Source: Nitratidesulfovibrio vulgaris str. Hildenborough (GTDB lineage: Bacteria > Desulfobacterota > Desulfovibrionia > Desulfovibrionales > Desulfovibrionaceae). Taken from it: a stretch of 32,000 bases of DNA. The position numbers were made by a program, and so were the translations under genes. The DNA is taken from positions 2,460,001 through 2,492,000 of the forward strand of contig NC_002937.3 in NCBI RefSeq assembly GCF_000195755.1. Reading direction: 5' to 3'. Below, piece by piece: positions 25,110-32,000 of the stretch; position 1 is the stretch's first letter, and every line of letters starts with the position of its first letter. Below the pieces are notes generated by a model, which did no database searches, was not told the origin of the DNA, and saw only the letters and a list, made by a program, of their open reading frames with translations.

Positions 25110-27029
25110 ATGTCCGCCCTGCCGCGCCTGCACCCTCGCGCCCACGTATTCAGCGGCCTCACCGCCCTCATGTTATGTCTCGCCACCGCCATCGCCCCCG
25201 CCATGGCGGGTGTCCGCACACATGCCCTCACCCTTGCCGGGGCCGTACCCGCACTCTCAACGGGCTTCGCACACATGCCGCATGTGAACCCCGAGGCACC
25301 CAAGGGAGGCACATTGCGCCTTGGCGTCATCGGCGGCTTCGACAGCCTGCATCCCTTCATCATGCGTGGCATCCCCGCCGCACAACTGGGGCTGACCTAC
25401 GAGACGCTGGGCGAGACCGTACCCGGTGAGGACGGCGTCATCTACGGCCTGCTGGCCGAGAGTTTCGAAGAGTCCGCAGACGGCGGGCATCTGGTTTGCC
25501 ACCTCGCACCCGCGGCACGCTTCGCCGACGGGCACCCCGTCACCGCCGCCGACGTGGTCTTCTCGTTCGAGATGCTCACCCGCCACGGGTCGCCCTTCTA
25601 CCGGGACTACTACGCCGGGGTCGGCACCGTGACCGCGGTGGACGCCCGCACCGTGCGCTTCGACTTCACATCGCGCCACAACGCCGAACTTCCCTACATC
25701 GTGGCCCAGTTGCCCGTGCTGCCCCGTCACTGGTGGCAGGGGCGCGACTTCACCGCACCGCAAGCCGAAGCCGCACCGGGCAGCGGCCCGTACCGCGTAC
25801 GCGAGGCACGCCCCGGTTCAGGCATCACCTACGAACGCGTTCCGGGATGGTGGGGGGCGAAGCTTCCCATCAACAGGGGCCGCTACAATTTCGACGTCAT
25901 CCGCTGCGACTACTACCGCGACACCACCGTGGCACGGCAGGCGTTCCTCGCCGGAGAGTTCGACCTGTGGAACGAGAACACCATCAAGGACTGGTTCGCC
26001 TCGTACGACGTGCCCTCCGTCCGCGAAGGGCGCATCACCCGCGAGGAGATTCCCCACGGCAGGCCCGAGGGCATGGGCGGCTTCGTCTTCAACACGCGCC
26101 GTGCCATCTTCGCCGACGTGCGCGTCCGCCGTGCCCTTGCCATGTGCTTCGACTTCGAATGGACGAACCGCGCCCTCTTCCACGACGCCTACAGACGTTA
26201 CGACAGCTTCTTCTCCAATTCTCCGTTCGCAGCCACCGGCACCGCCACCGAAGGCGAACGCGCCCTGCTGCGCGAAGTGTCCCCCGAAAGGGCCGCCATG
26301 CTCTCCGGCCCCCCCCCTCTGCCCGCCACGCACGACGGCAGCGGCGACATCCGCCCCGTCCTGCGCGACGCCCTGCGCCTGATGCACGACGCGGGCTGGA
26401 ACCTGCGCGACGGACGCCTTGTCGATGCCTCGGGCAGGCCCTTCAGGTTCACGCTGCTGCTCTCGTCCAAAGGTCTGGAACGCGTGGTGCTGCCCTTCAG
26501 ACGCAACCTCTCGCGCCTCGGCGTGGAGATGGATGTGCAGGTGGTCGACCAGACGCAGTACGTCTCACGGGTGCGTGCCTTCGACTACGACATGGTGCAT
26601 GCCACCATGCGCCAGTCGTCGAATCCCGGTAACGAACAGCGTGCCTTCTGGACGACGGCGGCAGCGGACGCACCGGGGTCGCGCAACTACGCGGGCGTGC
26701 GCGATACCGCCGTCGACGCACTGGTCGAACGCATCATCGCCGCACGCGACGCCGCCACCCTGCGCGACGCCGTCCACGCCCTCGACCGGGTGCTGCTGCA
26801 CGAGCACTACGTCGTCCCCGGCTGGTACAGCGACAGGCAACGCATGGCCTACTGGAAGACCCGCGTGGCGCACCCCGCCTTCACCCCGCGTGGGGGCATC
26901 GACCTGCACTCGTGGTGGGCCGTATCCGGCGATGACACGCAGGCCAAGGGTGTTCCGGCCAAGCCGGCACAGGGCGACGGTACTCAGGCTGATGCGGCCC
27001 GCAGCACACCCGCAACGGAGACACGCTGA
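25110..27029 (+). CDS. yejA: ABC transporter periplasmic substrate-binding protein, family 5 (YejA-like)
   Basis: I trimmed ORF 25011..27029 to the ATG at 25110, with GGAG 8 nt upstream. The product has a signal peptide ending PAMAG. It shows a family-5 SBP pattern (KGGTLRLGVIGGFDSLHPF, GSGPYRV) and precedes yejB, yejE and yejF. Confidence 0.85.
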   Translation: MSALPRLHPRAHVFSGLTALMLCLATAIAPAMAGVRTHALTLAGAVPALSTGFAHMPHVNPEAPKGGTLRLGVIGGFDSLHPFIMRGIPAAQLGLTYETLGETVPGEDGVIYGLLAESFEESADGGHLVCHLAPAARFADGHPVTAADVVFSFEMLTRHGSPFYRDYYAGVGTVTAVDARTVRFDFTSRHNAELPYIVAQLPVLPRHWWQGRDFTAPQAEAAPGSGPYRVREARPGSGITYERVPGWWGAKLPINRGRYNFDVIRCDYYRDTTVARQAFLAGEFDLWNENTIKDWFASYDVPSVREGRITREEIPHGRPEGMGGFVFNTRRAIFADVRVRRALAMCFDFEWTNRALFHDAYRRYDSFFSNSPFAATGTATEGERALLREVSPERAAMLSGPPPLPATHDGSGDIRPVLRDALRLMHDAGWNLRDGRLVDASGRPFRFTLLLSSKGLERVVLPFRRNLSRLGVEMDVQVVDQTQYVSRVRAFDYDMVHATMRQSSNPGNEQRAFWTTAAADAPGSRNYAGVRDTAVDALVERIIAARDAATLRDAVHALDRVLLHEHYVVPGWYSDRQRMAYWKTRVAHPAFTPRGGIDLHSWWAVSGDDTQAKGVPAKPAQGDGTQADAARSTPATETR

Positions 27030-28150
27030 TGCGCGCCCGACAGTCATCCCACGGCGGGGCATGGGGCTACATGCTGCGCCGCCTGCTGCTGGTGCTGCCC
27101 ACGCTTCTCGGCATCGTCACGATCAACTTCTTCGTGGTGCAACTGGCCCCCGGCGGCCCGGTGGAACAGTATATCGCCCGTCTCGAAGGTGATGGCGCCG
27201 CCTACATGGAACGCATCGGCGCAGGTGATGGCGGCGACATGCAGCCCGCAGCCGACGACGGGACAGCCGCCTACAAGGGGGCGGCAGGACTCAGCCCGCA
27301 GGCTGTGGAGGCCATCCGCCGACAGTACGGCTTCGACCGCCCCATCCTCGAACGCTACGTCACCATGCTGGGCGACTTCGCCCTGTTCAGGTTCGGCGAC
27401 AGCCTCTTCAAGGGGCGCAGCGTCATCGACCTCGTAGGTGACGCCATGCCCGTATCGCTGTCGCTGGGACTCTGGAGCACCCTCGTCATCTATGCCGTCT
27501 CCATCCCGCTGGGCATGGCGCGTGCGCTACGTCGCGGCAGCCGATTCGACACCATGAGCGGCATCGCCGTCATCGCGGCACACGCCATCCCCGCCTTTCT
27601 GCTGGCGGTGCTGCTCATCGTGCTCTTCGCCGGGGGCAGCTACCTGCAATGGTTCCCGCTGCGGGGGCTGGTGTCGCCGGGGCACGACGCGCTGCCTTTC
27701 GGGGCACGGGTGCTCGACTATGCGCACCACATGGTGCTGCCCGTGACCGCCATGGTCGTGGGCGGCTTCGCGGGGCTGACCAGCCTGACGCGCAACGCCT
27801 TTCTCGACGAACTCGGCAAGGCCTATGTGGAGACGGCCCTCGCCAAGGGCCTCACGCGCAAGGCCGTGTTGTGGCGGCACGTCTTCCGCAACGCCATGCT
27901 GCTGGTCATCAGCGGGCTTCCCGGTGCCTTCGTGCGGGTGTTCTTCACCGGTTCGCTGCTCATCGAGACCATCTTCTCGCTCAACGGTCTCGGACTCATG
28001 GGGTTCGAAGCCGCCATGCAGCGCGACTACCCTGTCATGTTCGCCTCTCTCTATGTCTTCACGCTCATCGGTCTGACGGCATCCCTTGCCGGAGACATGC
28101 TCTGCATGGCCGTTGACCCGCGCATCGACTTCGAAAGGAGGGCGGCATGA
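27029..28150 (+). CDS. yejB: peptide ABC transporter permease
   Basis: RRLLLVLPTLLGIVTINFFVVQLAPGGPVEQ closely parallels the E. coli YejB N-terminus. The start overlaps the SBP stop (TGATG), with GGAG 8 nt upstream. ATG 27071 is an alternative. Confidence 0.88.
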   Translation: MRARQSSHGGAWGYMLRRLLLVLPTLLGIVTINFFVVQLAPGGPVEQYIARLEGDGAAYMERIGAGDGGDMQPAADDGTAAYKGAAGLSPQAVEAIRRQYGFDRPILERYVTMLGDFALFRFGDSLFKGRSVIDLVGDAMPVSLSLGLWSTLVIYAVSIPLGMARALRRGSRFDTMSGIAVIAAHAIPAFLLAVLLIVLFAGGSYLQWFPLRGLVSPGHDALPFGARVLDYAHHMVLPVTAMVVGGFAGLTSLTRNAFLDELGKAYVETALAKGLTRKAVLWRHVFRNAMLLVISGLPGAFVRVFFTGSLLIETIFSLNGLGLMGFEAAMQRDYPVMFASLYVFTLIGLTASLAGDMLCMAVDPRIDFERRAA

Positions 28151-29178
28151 CCACCGCACAACGACGCTGGAACGCCTTTCGGCGCAACGGGCGGGCGTGG
28201 TGGTCGCTGGTGTTCTTCGTCACACTGTTCTGCCTGAGCCTCTGCGCCGAAATCATCGCCAACGACAGACCCCTGCTGGTGATGGTGCATGGCAGGCTGC
28301 ACTCTCCGGTGCTGCACGACTACACCGAACGCGACTTCGGCGGCGAATTCGACACCCCCGCCGATTTCCGCGACCCGCTGCTCACCGCCTACATCGATGC
28401 CCACGGCTGGGCACTCTGGCCCCCGGTGCGCTTCGCCGACGCCACCATCAACTACGACGCCCCCGCCGTGCCCGCCCCGCCCGGTGGCGGCAACTGGCTG
28501 GGCACCGACGACCAGGGGCGCGACATCCTCGCACGGCTTCTGTACGGCTTCAGGCTTTCGGTACTGTTCGGGCTGGCACTCACCCTTGCCGGGTCGGTGA
28601 CGGGCATCGCAGCCGGGGCGGTCATGGGCTACCGGGGTGGAAGGCTCGACCTCTTCGGCCAGAGGATACTGGAGATATGGTCGGGTATTCCCGTGCTCTA
28701 CCTGCTCATGCTGGTGGGCAGCATGTTCCGCATGACGTTCTGGACACTACTCGGGGTGATGCTGCTCTTCGGGTGGATGCGCCTCGTGCCCGCGGTGCGC
28801 ACCGAGTTCCTGCGAGGGCGCAACCTCGACCACGTGCGGGCGGCACGCGCCCTTGGCGTACCCCAATGGCGCATCATGCTGCGCCACGTGCTGCCCAATG
28901 CCATGGTCGCCGTCGTCACCTTCCTGCCTTTTCAGTTGAACGGTTCCATCGTGGCACTCACGTCGCTCGACTTTCTCGGCTTCGGCCTGCCGCCGGGGTA
29001 TCCGTCACTCGGTGAACTGGTGGCGCAGGGACGCGCCAACCTCCACGCCCCGTGGATAGGATGCTCGGTCTTCGGGCTGCTTGGCGGCACCCTGATGCTT
29101 CTCGTCTTCATCGGTGAAGGCGTGCGCGACGCGCTCGACCCTTCGGTGACAAACCCCGCCCCCTCCCCACGGAGATGA
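28147..29178 (+). CDS. yejE: peptide ABC transporter permease
   Basis: The product is collinear with E. coli YejE. Matching motifs are RWNAFRRNGRAWWSL, NWLGTDDQGRDILARLLYGFR, LRHVLPNAMVA and LDFLGFGLPPGYPSLGEL. The start is an ATGA overlap preceded by AAGGAGG. Confidence 0.9.
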   Translation: MTTAQRRWNAFRRNGRAWWSLVFFVTLFCLSLCAEIIANDRPLLVMVHGRLHSPVLHDYTERDFGGEFDTPADFRDPLLTAYIDAHGWALWPPVRFADATINYDAPAVPAPPGGGNWLGTDDQGRDILARLLYGFRLSVLFGLALTLAGSVTGIAAGAVMGYRGGRLDLFGQRILEIWSGIPVLYLLMLVGSMFRMTFWTLLGVMLLFGWMRLVPAVRTEFLRGRNLDHVRAARALGVPQWRIMLRHVLPNAMVAVVTFLPFQLNGSIVALTSLDFLGFGLPPGYPSLGELVAQGRANLHAPWIGCSVFGLLGGTLMLLVFIGEGVRDALDPSVTNPAPSPRR

Positions 29179-30962
29179 CCACCATGACCCACGACCTTCT
29201 GCATATCGAAGACCTGCACCTCGCCTTCGGCGGGAGTGCCCATCCCCCTGCCGCGTCGGGCCGCGCCGTCCTGCACGGTGTGGGCCTCACCATGCGCCGG
29301 GGAGAGATACACGCACTGGTGGGCGCCAGCGGTTCGGGCAAATCGCTCACGGCAAGGGCCGTCCTCGGACTGCTGCCTCCCGGCGCACGCCTGACCCACG
29401 GCAACATCCGCTTCGAGGGGGCGCAACTGGCCCATGCTCCCGAATCCGCCCTGCGTGCCCTGCGGGGCGACCGCATCGGCATGGTCTTCCAGGACCCGCT
29501 TTCGAGCCTCAACCCCCTGCACACCATAGAACGGCAAGTGGCTGAACCGCTGGCCATCCACAAGGGCATACGCGGCCCCCGTGCACGGGCGCGGGCACTT
29601 GAACTGCTCGACATGGTGGGACTCGACGAACCTGAGGCACGACTCGCCAGCTACCCGCACCAGCTTTCGGGCGGGCAGAGGCAACGCGTGGCCCTTGCCA
29701 TGGCACTGGCCAACGACCCGGCACTGCTCATCGCCGACGAACCCACCACGGCCCTCGACACCACGGTGCAGAGCCAGATACTGCGCCTCATCGACACCCT
29801 GAGGCACCGTCTCGGCATGGGCGTCCTCATCGTCAGCCACGACCTCGGCGTGGTCCGCAGCCTTGCCGATGTCATCCATGTCATGGACGCCGGGTGCATC
29901 GTGGAGAGTGCCCCGACGACGCGCATCTTCTCCGCCCCCGCCTCGCCGGTGACCCGCGCGCTTCTCGGGGCCGAAGGCCCCTCCGGGCCCGCCCCGCTGC
30001 CAGAGACCACGGCGACTCAACCCGCCCTGCTTGAAGCCCGCGACATGGGAGTGACCTTCACACGCCAGAGGGGTCTCTTCGGTCTGCGCAAGACCGGGCA
30101 TGACGCCCTCGTCTCGGCCTCGTTCACGCTACGGCGCGGGGAGTGCCTCGGCGTGGTGGGTGAAAGCGGTTCCGGCAAGAGTACGCTGGCCCTCGCCGTA
30201 TTACGGCTCATCGCCTCGCGTGGCCGCGTGACGCTGGACGGTCAGCGACTCGACACGCTGGACGAAGAAGCCCTGCGCCCGCTGCGCCGCAAGGTGCAGG
30301 CCGTCTTTCAAGACCCCTTCTCCGCACTCAACCCCCGCATGACCGTGGCCGAAAGCATCGCCGAGGGGCTGACGACCCACTTCCCCGACCTGCGTGGAAG
30401 GCAGGGCCTCAAGGCCATGCACGACAAGACGCTCGCCGCCCTTGATGAAGTGGGACTCTCCGACGACTTCATGCAACGCTACCCGGGCGAACTCTCGGGG
30501 GGGCAATGCCAGCGGGTGGTCATCGCACGGGCACTGGCCCTGCGCCCCGAGGTTCTCGTGCTGGATGAACCCACCTCATCGCTCGACCGCGCCCTTCAGT
30601 TTCAGGTGGTGGCCCTGCTGCGCGACCTGCAACTCCGGCATGGCATGGCCTGCCTCTTCATCACCCACGACCTTTCTCTGGTGCGCAGCTTCTGCCACCG
30701 TGTGATGGTGCTCCACCGTGGGCATGTGGTCGAGGCCGGCCCCACGCCCGTGGTACTCGACGCCCCTGCCACCGCCACCACGAGGGCACTGGTCGAGGCT
30801 GCACTCGGCTGTGCACCGGCATCTGCCTCCGGCCTGTCCGCCGCGACAGCCGAGCCTACCGGCCTCATGGTCGGACGTCCCCGCTTTGCGGAGATGACAC
30901 CGGCACACGACGCCGCCACCCCATCAAACAGACGACCGCGTTCCGACGCGGCAGGAGCCTGA
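29175..30962 (+). CDS. yejF: peptide ABC transporter, fused double ATP-binding protein
   Basis: The product has two complete nucleotide-binding domains, with GASGSGKS / LSGGQRQR / LLIADEPTTALD and GESGSGKS / LSGGQCQR / VLVLDEPTSSLD. A ~50-aa low-complexity C-terminal tail follows. An alternative ATG is at 29184. Confidence 0.9.
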   Translation: MTTMTHDLLHIEDLHLAFGGSAHPPAASGRAVLHGVGLTMRRGEIHALVGASGSGKSLTARAVLGLLPPGARLTHGNIRFEGAQLAHAPESALRALRGDRIGMVFQDPLSSLNPLHTIERQVAEPLAIHKGIRGPRARARALELLDMVGLDEPEARLASYPHQLSGGQRQRVALAMALANDPALLIADEPTTALDTTVQSQILRLIDTLRHRLGMGVLIVSHDLGVVRSLADVIHVMDAGCIVESAPTTRIFSAPASPVTRALLGAEGPSGPAPLPETTATQPALLEARDMGVTFTRQRGLFGLRKTGHDALVSASFTLRRGECLGVVGESGSGKSTLALAVLRLIASRGRVTLDGQRLDTLDEEALRPLRRKVQAVFQDPFSALNPRMTVAESIAEGLTTHFPDLRGRQGLKAMHDKTLAALDEVGLSDDFMQRYPGELSGGQCQRVVIARALALRPEVLVLDEPTSSLDRALQFQVVALLRDLQLRHGMACLFITHDLSLVRSFCHRVMVLHRGHVVEAGPTPVVLDAPATATTRALVEAALGCAPASASGLSAATAEPTGLMVGRPRFAEMTPAHDAATPSNRRPRSDAAGA

Positions 30963-30965
30963 TTC

Positions 30966-31919
30966 ATGGAAATCATCGAACTCTACTCCCACGCCACTCC
31001 TGTGGCACGTGCGGTCATGGCGGTGCTGGTGGTCATGTCCGTGGTCAGCTGGTCCATCATCGTCCGCAAGGCCCTGCTCTTCCGCAGCATCGAAGGACGT
31101 CTCGACGGGGCCATACACCGGCTTGAAGCGTGTGACGGCATCGCCGAGGCCATGTCGCGTTTCAAGGGCCATGCCGACAACACCGTGTGGCATCTGCTGC
31201 GTACCGGCTACCGAGAGTACATGCGGCTGCTGCCCCGCCGCGCCCCGGCTGAGGTCATCGCCGACAACGTGCGCCGGGCCATGCGCCACGCCGTCGCGGA
31301 AGAGACAGGACGCCTCGGTTCGCAACTGCCCCTGCTTGCCACCACTGCCAACACCGCCCCGTTCATCGGTCTCTTCGGCACTGTATGGGGCATCATGGAT
31401 GCGTTCCACAAACTGGCGGGGGCCAAGACAGCGGCCATCGCCTCTGTCGCACCCGGCATCTCTGAAGCACTCATCGCCACGGCTGTGGGTCTTGGCGTCG
31501 CCATTCCCGCGGCCATCGGCTACAACCTGCACATGACCCGCGTGCGCCGTGTTCAGGCACGGCTCATCAGCCTTGCGGGACTCACCCTCAACACCATCAT
31601 GCTCGAAACCGCCCCACTGCCTGCTGCGGAAAACGGAAAACCAACGGCCACTGACGGGGCCGAAGCCCCCGCCACGGCACGAAGGCACGACGCGGCATCC
31701 CTGACGCCCGCACAGCCCGTCACGTCGGACACGACAGACGCAGCCCTTGCTGTGAGCGGGGGTAACGGAACGGGCGGGACCGCGGGGTCGAGCGTGTGCA
31801 GCCCCTCCATCGAGACCGGAAGCTTGGCGGCACCAGCGTCACAGAAGGTCGTAGCGGGGCAGGTGCCATTGCACGCCGTGCGCGGCGGAAAGGAAGGGCG
31901 TGATGCATCTCTCGCCTGA
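30966..31919 (+). CDS. exbB: MotA/TolQ/ExbB-family proton channel with a ~100-aa low-complexity C-terminal tail
   Basis: The conserved core includes LLATTANTAPFIGLFGTVWGIMDAF and APGISEALIATAVGLGVAIPA. AGGAG lies 8 nt upstream. The TonB-receptor operon context favours ExbB over TolQ. Confidence 0.85.
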   Translation: MEIIELYSHATPVARAVMAVLVVMSVVSWSIIVRKALLFRSIEGRLDGAIHRLEACDGIAEAMSRFKGHADNTVWHLLRTGYREYMRLLPRRAPAEVIADNVRRAMRHAVAEETGRLGSQLPLLATTANTAPFIGLFGTVWGIMDAFHKLAGAKTAAIASVAPGISEALIATAVGLGVAIPAAIGYNLHMTRVRRVQARLISLAGLTLNTIMLETAPLPAAENGKPTATDGAEAPATARRHDAASLTPAQPVTSDTTDAALAVSGGNGTGGTAGSSVCSPSIETGSLAAPASQKVVAGQVPLHAVRGGKEGRDASLA

Positions 31920-32000
31920 TGACGACGGTGTCGTCTCCGAAATCAACGTCACGCCGTTCGTGGACGTGATGCTGGTGTTGCTGGTCATCTTCATGGTCAC
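31903..32000 (+). CDS. exbD: ExbD/TolR-family protein, N-terminal fragment running off the window
   Basis: This is not in the ORF track. My translation from the ATG at 31903 is MHLSPDDDGVVSEINVTPFVDVMLVLLVIFMV, the hallmark ExbD/TolR N-terminus and TM. It overlaps the exbB end by 17 nt, with AAGGAAGGG upstream. Confidence 0.8.
   Translation, partial: MHLSPDDDGVVSEINVTPFVDVMLVLLVIFMV

Noticed and set aside
1-32000. CRISPR arrays, transposases or integrases, prophage or defence-island signatures, and rRNA genes.
   Set aside because: I saw no repeat-spacer periodicity, no terminal inverted repeats, no recombinase-like ORFs and no compositional island other than the ~45-nt AT-rich operator region. 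The tRNA-Asn has no adjacent integrase or direct repeat of its 3' end.

Overview
The window is a high-GC bacterial chromosome segment. Gene content and order look most like a Desulfovibrio (D. vulgaris-like) genome, but that is my recollection, not a database hit. A tRNA-Asn at 14950-15025 splits it into two halves.

The left half (1-14768) is all on the minus strand and is a housekeeping thiamine and cell-envelope block. It contains a thiE fragment, thiM, a class I/II aminotransferase, lpxI, lpxA-fabZ-lpxD-skp, an AMIN-domain cell-wall amidase, bamA, lolD-lolC and lysS. Several stop/start overlaps and three or four hairpin terminators mark the transcription-unit boundaries.

The right half (15320-32000) is all on the plus strand and is the interesting part. 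It starts with the only AT-rich island in the window, which holds a hexamer-repeat operator-like array and a 7-bp-arm palindrome. An AraC-type regulator follows, and then eleven translationally coupled genes run off the window edge:
- an exported ~1000-aa M16 (PqqL-like) zinc protease
- an ABC ATPase with an atypical Walker B
- a small ABC-2-like permease
- a 454-aa membrane protein of unknown family with a CxxCC tail
- a TonB-dependent receptor
- a complete YejABEF-type peptide importer
- ExbB and ExbD

I read this as a regulated, protease-associated TonB-dependent import system with two ABC modules. That is the main candidate for an undescribed system.

I found no CRISPR array, rRNA, transposase or integrase. 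The many long antisense or off-frame ORFs in the track are GC-driven shadows.
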